Positions 52,199 through 64,000 of a stretch of 64,000 bases of DNA are shown here, one piece after another; position 1 is the stretch's first letter; every line of letters begins with the position of its first letter. A program made the translations under genes and the position numbers. The stretch comes from Octopus vulgaris (Eukaryota). Where the stretch lies: NCBI GenBank assembly GCA_951406725.2, contig OX597818.1, positions 46,934,001 through 46,998,000 on the forward strand, in the 5' to 3' direction. The notes below the pieces were generated by a model, which had not been told where the DNA came from, made no database searches, and worked only from the letters and a program-made list of their open reading frames with translations.

Positions 52199-55100
52199 CC
52201 TCAAATTATCTTTTTATTGATGCTACTTTAGTTAAGGTGATTTTCTGCCTCAATCAGTGAATTATAGATAAAAGGGGATGAACCTGAAATGAAAAATTAA
52301 TAGAAAACACAACCCGTTTAAAAAAAAAAAAAAAAACATACATTAACAAAGCGAAGAAGCGGAAAAAAAAACTCTTGAGTGCTTCTTTATTTACTTATAA
52401 CTGTATTGTTTTGGTGTTTGTTTTTGTGTTATTAATTCAGCCCTCTCTCTTAGTTCGGTTCTCTGATAACAAAGGAAGAACTTTCCGATTTCGAATTTAC
52501 TAATTGGATTTATCTATTAATTGGTTTTTAATTAGATTATTTTTCTCAGTCATGGCCCACGTCTAGAATATATGTTTCTATATCCTTGCATATCGATTCT
52601 TTATTCTACCGCTAGCTCTACATTAGACTACGCACACTCCAGCAATTAGCATCTCCTCCGATATCTATTTACATGTATTTGCTAATTAGATATATAGTTT
52701 CTTATGTAAACACAAGGTCTCTGTAGTCATCCAGAAGAGTTTCGTGTAAATATGAATATTAACATCTTTAACTACTTTGAATATATTTATTCGAAACACT
52801 AAAATATTAATAAAGGCTGGTGTGTGTTGCTTATAAACCAAGTTCATTGTCTTCAGCTGCTTCCTATCCACGCGAAGAGGGAACTTCCATGTTTGCAAAA
52901 CTAACCTATATTCTTTAAATATATAATTTAAATATTTGCATGTTACTGTTCATATTTATTCTCGATTTTCTTTCTTCCAACTCACCGAAGTATTTGTTTA
53001 CAGATTCATAAGAAAGTAACGTGAGGATAATGATAGTCAAAGGAAAGTATGAGAGAACAAAGAGGATATTCCCTGAAGAAACTTGTCCAAGAGGAGTGTA
53101 GTTTTTAATTTGTTTTTTTCTCTAAGGATTTTTTCACCTGACGAAAAAAAACAAAAATTCTAATTCTCCTCCACGGGAATATATATTGCTTGCATAATCT
53201 TTAAGTTTTGGTTCCATTTAACTATATTCACAGTGGGATAGAGGTGAGCCTCTCTGTTTCTCCGACTTTGGAATTCGAGTTTGATTTCTCATCATTAAAG
53301 CTTTTAACACCTCTGATGCTGTCCCAGCACTTAAAGAAACATGACCATCCTTTCTATATCTCATAATCATCCTATTTCCTAATCGTGATCGATATCTGAT
53401 ATTTATCATAACACGTACCTGTCTGTTTCTATAACTCAAGTCGCAAAAAGATAATTCATCAGTTTGTAACAAGCATTAATGAACCTACGTAATATAAAAT
53501 TACATTAAAAACTTTTTTACATTTATCATATTCAGTTTTTCTCCAAGACTTTGATTTTTCTACCCACAATGGTCAATGGCAAGCGTGAATTTTAAAAAAA
53601 AACACAAAATCAGAGGAAAGTGAAAGCAATAAGTACAGGAAAAAAATCCCTCTAAATGTGAAAATATTCGTTAATTTTCACAGCATGAATAGCTCGTACA
53701 TGTATAAAAGTTTCACATTCGCTGATGAGACTAATCAGGAAATATTAGATCTTCCGTTACGGTGCAGAAGAATCTTTATGCCAATACCATAATACAAATA
53801 TGAATGTGTGGGAGGTTTGTAAATCATTACCTATACAAAAACATTTTAAAAAAGTGTTTGTATGTGTGTATGTTTATTTAAATATAAACATGCATTTTTG
53901 TCACATTTTAGCCTATTCTGGTCTAGCAAACCTATGATTACCGACATTCCAGCCGTGACCATCACATATTTAGTTCTTATAGAGTATATCTAAGAAGACA
54001 GTTTTGTCTTTCTTCTTGAGACAGTTTAGTTAAAAAGCTCACATTAATATTGATGCGGTAGTATATTATTATTGTATAAATAAAGGCCGAACTGTTATAC
54101 TATTCGTTCCAAAACAGATTATAAAGTTCTTCATTATTTTTAACTTGTTTTCTTTTGGACGGTGTTTTCACATTTAAGAATCTTTTGCTTTTCTTAAAGA
54201 GGAAGTATTAAGAGTGGAAAATGAAAGGAAGGATACAGTGGAAATAATAACAACGATTATTCCAGTTTTGTTGGGAATGTTCGTTAGATTGATATGTAGA
54301 CCTTATTTACGTTCGTAAACATCTTTTAGATAAGAGGATTCTTGCTGAATGAAATGTCAACACATCGTATTTGTCACTAGTCAAAACATCTCAATAAAAC
54401 GTGGTGAGGTTTGAGTAATAAAGATGCGTGAACCTTCTCTCTCTCTCTCTCTCTCTCTCATATAAATGTGTATATATCTTTTACTTATTTGTCTTAGACT
54501 GCGGTCATGCTGGGGCATCGCATGGAAGAATTTTTAGTCAAAAGAATAAGCCCCAGTACTTTTTGTTAAGTACTGGTACTTATTCGACATCTTTTGCCGA
54601 ACCACTAAGTTACGTGGACGCAAACACACCTACACCAGTCGTGAAGCGGTGGAAGGGGACAAACACATTCACACACTTACATAGATATATACATACATAC
54701 ATACATACATATATACATATATATATATAAAGACCCATCCTTCACAGCGAAAGTGTTAATACTGCTCCCCTTACTGAAGAGGAGTGGCCTATAAGTGCCC
54801 TGTGCCTCACAAAAAGTATATGCCTGCACCTCGTAAAAAGCACCCATACCTGTCCCACGTAATTGCACCCATGCTGGCACCACCTAAAAGCACCCAGCGC
54901 CCTCTGTAAAGTGGTTGGCATTAAGAAGGCCTTCCAGCCATAGAAACCAATCCAAATCAGGCCTGGAACCTAGTGCAGCTCTCCTGCTTGCCAGCTCTGG
55001 TCATACTGTCCAACCCATGCCAACATGGAAAATGGACGTTAAAAGATGGTGATGATATATATGCATACACATATACTATGGGCTTCTTTCAGTTTTCATC

Positions 55101-56392
55101 TACCAAATCCCCTCACAAGGCTTTGGTCGGTCTGAGGTTATAGTAGAAGACACTTACCCAAGGTGTTACATGGTGGGATTGAACCCAGAACTGTGTTGTT
55201 GGCAAGCGGACTTCTTACCACACGGCCACTCCTGCGCCTATGTGTGTATAATGGTTTAAAATTTTGGCACAAGGCCAGCAATTTTAGGGGTGGGGATAAG
55301 ATGAAAGGCAAAGTCAACCATGGCGAAATTTTAAGTTGGAAGAAATGCTAAACATTTTGTCCAATGCATTAACAATTCGGTCTGCTCACCACCTTTGATA
55401 ATAGTATGGGGAGGAGACCAGTTGATTAGATCGACTCCAGTATGCAACTGGTACTTAATTTATCGACCCCAAAAGGATGAAAGGCAAAGTCGACCTTGGT
55501 GGAATTTGAACTCAGAACATAAAGACAGACAAAATACCACTAAGCATTTCACCCAGCATGCTAATGTTTCTGCCAGCTTGCCGACTTGATAGCAATGGTA
55601 ATGAAAATAATATCTGATATATATGTCAATTGAAGTGAAGGCGCATGGCTCAGTGGTTAGAGTGTCAGGCTTACAATCGTGAGTTTGTGAGTTCGAATCC
55701 TGGACCAGGCTGCATGCTGTGTTCTTGAGCAAGACACTTTATTTCATGTTGCTCCAGTTCACTCAATTGTAGAAATGAGTTGTGACGTCACTGGTGCCAA
55801 GCTGTATTGACTGTTGCCTTTCCCTTGGATAACACCAGTGGCATGGAGAGGGGAGGCCAGTTTACGTGGGCGATTGCTGGTCTTCCATAAACAACCTTGC
55901 CCGGACTTGTGCCTGGGAGAGTAACTTTCTAGGTGCAATCCCATGGTCAGTCGTGACCGGAGAGGGTTTCAGCAGCAGTATATGTCGATTGGTTGATTTC
56001 TTATCACACTTTATCTCATATAGGAGGGAGAGAGAGAGTAAAAGAGAGATATAGAGAAAATAAGCCTAAATAGTGCAGGACAAGTGCACATACTAGGCTT
56101 GATGGCAAGCAATGAATAAAAGAACATTACACACACAGCTTGAGAGAAAGAATCAAGGACAGATGGAGGAGGAAGAGTGGGAGTAAGTAAACGACTAGTT
56201 GTGGAAGGTGTTATACTAAGGAGAAATTTGTTTCATATGATTTTATTTTAAGGCAGTGTTCTCAACAGGGGTTCATATGGCCCTTTAGGGTCCATATAAG
56301 ATTTTATTGGGGTCTACACAACAAAATAATAAATCAAGGATCCACAATAGTATTTTGAGTGCTCATAAAAAGGTTTTGCTTTAGATGTTTGT

Positions 56393-56802
56393 TATTTCTT
56401 TATTGCCCACAAGGGGCTAAACATAGAGGGGACAAACAAGGACAGACAAATGGATGAAGTCAATTACATCGACCCCAGTGCGTAACTGGTACTTAATTTA
56501 TCGACCCCAAAAGGATGAAAGGCAAAGTCAACCTCAGTGGAATTTGATCTCAGAACGTAGCTGTAGATGAAATACCTATATCTTTACTACCCACAAGGGG
56601 CTAAACACAGAGAGGACAAACAAGGACAGACAAACGGATTAAGTCAATTATATCAACCCCAGTGCGTAACTGGTATTTAATTTATCGACCTCAAAAGGAT
56701 GAAAGGCAAAGTCAGCGGAATTTGAGATCAGAACGTAACAGTAGATGAAATAACGCTAAGCATTTCGCCCAGTGTGCTAATGTTTCTGCCAGCTCACTGC
56801 CT
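56393..56802 (-). mobile_element. SINE family B, dimeric copy. Monomeric or partial relatives at about 6500-6655(-), 26460-26620, 39345-39460, 49105-49285(-), 51160-51425, 55250-55585(-), 59628-59840 and 61005-61200
   Basis: Reverse complement of the 24958-25380 structure, more diverged. Confidence 0.8.
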
Positions 56803-58120
56803 TGCTCTAGATGTTTGTATCGGTATACATTGCAAGAAAGAGCTAGGTTTCCTTCTCTAATGTTTTACAAAGTACAACCTACACAAGTTAATGTGTGCAA
56901 AACAAGGCAGGAATTTTAAAAGAAGTGTCTATAAAACTAGTGTTTAAACATTGACTGGTTATGGGAGTCCACCAAAATAAATAGTAATCAAAGGGTTTCA
57001 CAGATAAAAAATAGTTGAGAACCCCTATTTTAAGGTAATAATTTTTTTTTTTTTGACAAATACTGTTCATTTCATCAGTTTGTATAAGCAACAAGAAATT
57101 TGATAAAAGTTAAATTATAATTATTATGTCTATGACTAATATGGCAAAAGTATACTTCCAAAGTTACCCGTTATAATGGGTTGGGCAAGTGTCTTCTACT
57201 ATAGCCCCAGACCAACCAGAGCCTTGTGAGTGGATTTGGTTGGTGGAAAATAAAAAAGCCCACATATATATATATAAAGGGTAAAGACTCCCTTTGGTCA
57301 CAAATGACTAAGGGATTGCACTTAGAAAATTCCCCGCTGAGGCACACGTCTGAGCAAACTTGTTTGTGGAAGACCTGCAGTCACGCCTATCCATACCAGC
57401 TTCCCCTCTCTACGCCACCAATGTTGCCTTAGGTAAAGGCAAAGGTTGATGCAGCTTGGCACCAGTGTGACATTGCAACACATTTCTACAGCTGAGTGAA
57501 CTGGAGCAACATAAGATAAAGTGCCACACTCAAGAACACAACACACAAACTGGTCCAAGAACCAAACTCACAACTTCGCAATTGTAAGCCCGATGCTCTA
57601 ACCACTGAGCCATGTGCCTTCACTTTATTCATACATACATATATATATGCCAGAGCAGCCAACTGGTTTCTGTGCCGGTGGCACATAAAAGGGCACCATT
57701 CGAACGTGATCATTACCAACGTTGCCTTACTGGCACCTGTGCTGGTGGCATGTGTACAAAGATTCAAGCGAGGTTGTTGCAAGTACCACCTGACTGGCCC
57801 CCATGCCAGTGCCACGTAAAAAGCACCCACTACACTCTCGGAGTGGTTGGCATTAGGAAGGGCATCCGGCTGTAGAAACTCTACCAAATCAAGATTGGAA
57901 CCTGGTGCAGCTATCTGGGTCGCCTGCCCTCAGTCAAAATCGTCCAACCCATGCTAGCATGGAAAGCAGATGTTAAACGATGATGATAGTTATGGTGTAT
58001 TCTGTTAAGAACGTAGTAAAGTACAGTATAAAGTTGGTCCACCTTCAGATTTACCCTGTGCTATCCACTAGTAGTATAATACATACTTCCAGGTTTGTGT
58101 TTGGACATCTGTCATGTGTC

Positions 58121-58386
58121 AATATACAATTGAAAAAATTGGAGTCAACAAGAAGGGGTATGGTTGGTCATTTGTTTATTTTTATTCATTACAATTGTTT
58201 CCACGCAACGTAGTTCTCCAGAAGTGTAGATACTTGATTATGCAACTGTTTCCCTGCATTATGAGACCTAGTTGCATTTGGAGAACAACGATGATGATGA
58301 TGTTGCATGGAAATAATTGTAGTGATTAGAAAATAAATGTCCAACCATACCCTTTCTTGTTGACTCCAATTCTTTCAATTATATAT
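58121..58386. repeat. Long imperfect inverted repeat (about 88-bp arms) with nested inner stems
   Basis: AATTGGAGTCAACAAGAAGGGGTATGGTTGG pairs with CCAACCATACCCTTTCTTGTTGACTCCAATT. Inner pairs GTTCTCCA/TGGAGAAC and ATGCAACT/AGTTGCAT. Confidence 0.88.
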
Positions 58387-58440
58387 ATATGTGTGTGTGT
58401 GTGTTTTCTTTGAGTTTTAAGTTCTTAAGACAGTTCAAGC

Positions 58441-58690
58441 CAGTTCCTTTCAAGTGTTGGGCCTCATGGAGGCAAAGTGGCAGAGTTCCTTTTGAGCATT
58501 GAGCCTCATGGAGACAAAGTGGTTGAGTTCCTTTTGAGTGTTGGGCCTCACGGAATCAAAGAGACTGAGTTCCTTTCAAATGGGCTTCACAGTGGTAAGG
58601 TGACTGAGTTCCTTTTGAGCGTTGGGCCTCATGAAGGCAAAGTGGCCAAGTTCCTTTTGAGTGTTGGGCCTCACAGAGGCAATGACCAAG
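58441..58690 (+). repeat. 42-bp minisatellite, about 6 units
   Basis: AGTTCCTTTTGAGTGTTGGGCCTCATGGAGGCAAAGTGG.. recurs at 58442, 58484, 58526, 58568, 58607 and 58649. Confidence 0.9.
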
Positions 58691-59127
58691 ACCTTTGGCA
58701 TTATGTCGTGCTTGAAAAGAAAACCCATCAAGCTGAGCAAAATTGCATTTGTGACAGACACCGGTGTTATGGATATGGCACGTAAAATACCCGTTACACT
58801 CTCGGAGTAGTTGGCATTAGGAAGGGCACCCAGCAGGAAGTAAGAGTGAGAGAAAGTTGTGGTGAAAGAGTACAGCAGGGATCACCACCATCCCCTGCCG
58901 GAGCCTCGTGATGCTTTTAGGTGTTTTCGCTCAATAAACACTCACAAAGCCCGGTCTGGGAATCGAAACCGCGATCCTATGACCGCGAGTCCGCTGCCCT
59001 AACCACTGGGTCATTGCGCCTCCACATCAAAGCTATATAATGGAAGTATGATACACTAGGTATGCTTACATCCCACTTCAATCTATCTCTTATGAAAAAT
59101 GAAAGAATCATGTTGAAGTTATATTTG

Positions 59128-59512
59128 TAGGAGTGGCTGTGTGGTAAGTAGCTTGCTTACCAACCACATGGTTCCGGGTTCAATCCCACTGCGTGGCACT
59201 TTGGACAAGTGTCATCTACTATATCCTTGGGGCAACCAAAGCCTTGTGAGTGGATTTGGTAAATGGAAACTGAAAGAAGCCCGTCGTATATATATATATA
59301 TATGTATGTGTGTCTGTGTTTGTCCCCCCCAACATCACTTGACAACCGATGCTGGTGTGTTTATGTCCCCGTAACTTAGCGGTTCAGCAACAGAGACTGA
59401 TATAATAAGTACTAGGCTTACAAAGAATAAGTCCTGGGTCGATTTGCTTGACTAAAGGCGGTGCTCCAGCATGGCCACAGTCAAATGACTGAAACAAGTA
59501 AGAGAGTAAAAG
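59128..59512 (+). mobile_element. SINE family A, full-length
   Basis: Same head, core and tail as the other family A copies. Confidence 0.85.
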
Positions 59513-59889
59513 TTATTTTGCATACATTGCATGCCTTTCATACAAGGATGAAATTTTACTGTGTGGAGGGAGAAAGTAACAGAATAATTTTGATTATAGA
59601 ATAATAATAAATTCCAGGAAGTGTGGGCAGCAAGCTGGCAGAATCGTTAGCATGCCAGACAGAATGCTTAGCAGCATTTTGTCCTTCTTTGCATTCTGAG
59701 TTCAAATTCCACCAAAGTTAACTTTACCTTTCATCTTTTTAGTGTCAATAAATTAAGCACCAGTTGAGCACTGGCATTGATGTAATCGACTTATGGTCCT
59801 CCCCTGAAAGTGCTGGCCTTGTGCCAAAATTTGAAACCAACATATTCCAGGAAGTCATAATTCCATCGTAACCCTTCTTACTAAATTAA

Positions 59890-60610
59890 AAAGGAAGCTC
59901 AGTGTCTCCATTGATGCTGTGATGGATCTAAGGTAGCTGACATCCACATCCTAAGTTTGTATAGTGATGATGGCTTGGCAGTCTCATACTATATGAACAC
60001 CCATATTTTTGATAGATTCAAAATAGTCGTGATTCAGATATTTATGAAGTTTGATATAATTATAACTAATCCCACCAACCTAATGATATCTATATTCTTA
60101 CCCATTATATTAGATCTTAAGACAGACAAGATTAATCTTCATAGGAAGCCAAATAAAACAGCTTATATATCTACAAGATGCCTATTCACTTTCCTCAGCT
60201 GTAATTAGGAACCTTGTACTAAACATATACTTATGAGTTTCCCACATATTCTCCTAAAGGGAATTATCAACAAGGCAGCTTCCAACAATAATTGAATCCT
60301 AGTCTGGAATGTCATTAATGAAAAGTTAATATGGGGAAACCCCTGCCAACCCAACACCTTAGGAAAATCCATAATTTAGACACCACTACAAATATTGCTA
60401 GAAACTTCCTCTCTTGTAGGGCACAACTTTCCAACTGCACACAAACACTGCAAACTTTTCAATTCACTGAATGTTAAGGTTAGCTATTCTTGTCTAGATA
60501 ACATTGCTTCCAGTATTACTTCCCACAAACAAAAGCTTACATTTGCATGTCTTTTACCTCACGCACCCACATGCTATTGTTGAAATCAAGCCACTTGCCC
60601 ATACTGAGGT
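59890..60610 (+). mobile_element. Penelope-like element fossil (RT and linker)
   Basis: YSDDGLAV (YRDDGL-type motif), FLPIILDLKT..HRKPN and HNFPTAHKHCKLFNSLNVKVSYSCLDNI. Confidence 0.8.
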
Positions 60611-63600
60611 AGAACTATACTCCTCCTCCAAATGGCATCCACTCACAGCTAATGTAAACAATATTTTTGCTCTGTAAAAAAACAAAATCCTGCATATGGA
60701 TTTTTTTTTTTTTCAGTTATCATTCATAATTTTTATTCATTTCTTATCCAGCAATTTTTCAAAATATGTTGATCAACAATTTTTCAAAATATGTTGATCA
60801 ACATTTTTAATTTTCAATAGCCTATAGCCGATTTGGTCTGATTATACTCTACCAATTCTTTTTCTATGTGATATCCACAAACCTGGTATATTTCCTCCCC
60901 TTATTTCTTTCTGTCTCTTTCCCATCTTTTAACTTCTCTCCCTTGTAAATTGTTGTTCATAGTAAGTGATCTTTTCCATTCATTATTGCTAAAGTAAGAT
61001 GGTCATGAACTGGCAGAATTGTTAGCATGCCGGGCAAAATGCTTAGCAGTATTTTGTCTGTTTTTGCATTCTGAGTTCAAATTCCGCCAAGGTCAGCTTT
61101 GCCTGGTCGATAAATTAAGTATCAGTTGTGTACTGGGGTCAATTTAATTGACTGGCTCCCTCCCATCAAATTTCAGGCCTTGTGCCTATAGTAGAAAGGA
61201 TTATTGCTAAAGTAAGAATTATTTTTTTCTATTGTAAAACATTTATAAAAATCAGCTATTTTATAATACAGTTTTTTTTACCTTTGAGAAGATACATCTA
61301 TGTTTTGAAACAGTTACGCTGTTGTCAGAAATCACCTAGATACTGAAAGAAATATTGACTTTACATATGTACTATACTGAATACTTTGTTAAGTAGTAGT
61401 CTCCTTGACTTCAGTTTAAAATTTAATATCATTGTCATCATTCAACATCCATGTTTCATTCTGACATGGAACATACACACATATGTACACACGTGTGTGT
61501 GTGTACATACATATATACATACATATAGATATATATTTGGGTTTGATAAAATAAGTTTCAGTTGAATACTGGGTCAATGTAATCAACTAATCCCCTCCCC
61601 AGGAATTGCTGGCCTTGTGCCAAAATTTGAAATATACCTGCTTAACTGCAGCATTCTACTGCTGTAAGTAAATGAGAGCAGAACTGTATATTACATCATC
61701 ATTGTTTTTATATATCTAATATGAGTTATCAGTTTCACTATCCAGAACCACTTAATAGTCATCCTTCAATCTTAAAATTGTCTCTCTCCACTCACATTTT
61801 GCATTGATGACCCTTCTGTTCTTGCAAATTATCTCTCCTTCATCACTATTATATATCTCTCCCTCTCACCATGCACTATATCTGCCTTTCCCCTTACACT
61901 CTTGCAACCTATCCAGCTATGAAGCATTTCCATTTCTTTCATCTTTCATTCATGTACTGTATTATTAGTATCCTGCTGCTCTTCACCAATTTCTTGAACT
62001 GCCAGTCATCACCTACTCTCACCTATCTCCTCCCAACTATTGTATCATTGATCACCCCTTCCATCCTTGTTCACCATCCCCCTACACAATCCCTATAATC
62101 ATCACTTACTCTTCCCTAACTTTCCTCCTGCAACATACCACCCTCATCTATTCACTTGGCCTATGTAGAAGAGACTTAATTGAACCATTCTCATGTCTCT
62201 ATATAATTCCTTCTCTAGTGCATCTTTTTTTACTTTCCTTGCTTTTCTCTATGACTAGCCATCACACTCTCGCCCACCAACCTACTTAGACCCACTACAC
62301 TTGTGGCCCCTCATCTAATCTTTATCCTATCCTCTCATGCACCTTCACCTTTGTCCACCTCTGTTCTTGACAACTCCGCTTCAAATAATCTTTTGCTAAT
62401 AACTACATACTACTGTTTCTTTCTTTCTCCCAGCAGCCAACCAGGGCCCTTCTGACATCGTCATCATCTCTCTCTCTCCTCAAGATTATAGAGTACTCTC
62501 AGCACTTACTAGCTCTATTCACCCACACCTAGCTTCACTGATGGCATTGTTCCATCCTGTTTCCTCCCTGTAGTGGGTGCTTTTTATTTGCCACCGGTAC
62601 AGGAGCCAGTCGGGAGATACTGAGTACTCCCTTACATTGTATTGTGTACAAGGTACTACAGGGCTTATAGTAAAAGGTACTTGCCCAAAATACTATTCAC
62701 TGAGACTGTACAACATTGTGAACAAGCGTAAGATTTTTATCTGAAATATTTGACATAATTAAATTCAAGGATCAAATTTGCTATTACTTTAACATATATG
62801 TATCATCTTTTTTTTTTTTCAATTTTCTACAGATTACTCAAAAAGTCTTCAGTAAAATCACAAATCATAAAATGAAGACAAAACGGTATTTGGAAAATTA
62901 TCAATATTGTCAATTTTGTACAATTGGTAAGTGTATTTAACCATTTTTTTCAATTTCGGAACACTTTTTCTCATACAGTGTGCGTGTGTGTGTGTGTTAT
63001 AGCGTTTCTTATTCCCCTCCAAACAAATATTGGGTCTTTCTGTTATACCAGCATATTTTATGTAGTTATCCCCCTTAGTAGTTATTCCCCTTTGAAGGTT
63101 TTGCCATGCCTTTGAATAACGTAATGTGAAACCTGTTTTCCCATTGACTTCCATGTTGTAAGTTTGCAACCATTTCTATGCATGAAAATACCCAGTACCC
63201 CCTGACTGGCTCGTAAAAAGTACCATCCGAATGTAATCGTTGCCAGGCCCGCCTTACTGGCTCCTGTGCTGGTGGCATGTAAAAAACACCCACTACACTC
63301 TCGGAGTTGTTGGCATTTAGGAAGGTCATCCAGCTGTAGAAACTCTGCCATACCAGATTGGAGCCTGGTGCAGCCGCTGGCTCTCCAGACCTCAGTCATG
63401 TTGCTCCAGTCCACTCATTTGGCAAAAATGAGTAATCCTGTAATAGACCGGCGTCCTGTCCAGGTGGGGAATATTTACACCCTGGAAACTGGGAAACTGG
63501 CCCCTATGAGTCTGTATGACTCAGGAAGGAACTTTGCTACTCACTTAACTAGTTCACGTATCGCGCACTCAGTACATCGCAGAGATTTCTGGTTAATGTA

Positions 63601-63874
63601 TATAAATTTATGTCACAGACTCCTCAGTATATCGAGGGTTTCTGCAACCAATAGGTATTTATATTTTTTTTAGATTTTAATTATTTCTGTGGTAAAATAA
63701 GCATTTTCATGCCTAAAAATTAATAAATAAAAATAGAGTACAGTACTGCACATTAATTAAAATATATTAAAAGAAAATACTTAGTGTACTGTAGATGAAT
63801 AAACAAAGAACCGCACATACTGTATGAAAAACGAAACTCAGGAGTGTGTGGTATTGTTCTGCATTTATGATATA

Positions 63875-63915
63875 ACTAGCACTATGACCCAGCAACGCCG
63901 GGTCATAGTGCTAGT
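63875..63915. repeat. Perfect 16-bp hairpin resembling Helitron-type termini
   Basis: ACTAGCACTATGACCC-agcaacgcc-GGGTCATAGTGCTAGT. Confidence 0.8.
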
Positions 63916-64000
63916 GCATGCATATACAGCTGCGTGTGTGCGCACATACACGCGAGTACTGTCCAAATCTCCGACCAATCACATACAGCTAGCTGGCATT

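Noticed and set aside
53713-53810. Hammerhead-like CACATTCG-CTGATGA-GACTAATCAG-GAAA-TATT...AATAT-GAATGTG
   Set aside because: Stem II does not close and the cleavage-site nucleotides are missing; cannot be told from chance, though an old fossil is possible.
58441-58690. CRISPR-like regular repeat
   Set aside because: The units are homologous along their full length with no unique spacers, the context is eukaryotic and there are no cas genes; it is a minisatellite.

Overview
AT-rich, repeat-dense eukaryotic genomic DNA. The tRNA-derived SINE families and the microsatellite load suggest a cephalopod (Octopus-like) genome; this is inferred, not verified. One host gene is clearly readable: the 5' part of SERGEF/DelGEF (RCC1-repeat protein) on the minus strand, with seven coding exons from the ATG at 13363 to 677, all GT-AG and phase-consistent, continuing beyond the left edge. 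A possible second gene start lies near 51.7-52.2 kb (+). The rest is a layered transposon record: at least four SINE families, RTE LINE 3' ends, three Penelope-like (PLE) fossils, two R4/Dong-like RLE fragments, two Gypsy integrase/LTR remnants, hAT, Tigger and Tc1/mariner fossils, and Merlin-, MULE- and Helitron-like non-autonomous elements. Most ORFs in the supplied track are repeat or microsatellite artefacts. Most interesting: (1) a near-intact minimal type I hammerhead ribozyme in the loop of a perfect 60-bp inverted repeat (47547-47829), with several decayed hammerhead-like cores in similar fold-backs or at a PLE end; (2) two independent R4/Dong-like insertions abutting (CATA)n; (3) a MetaSINE-like family present as dimers and a trimer of a 184-bp unit with complementary ends.
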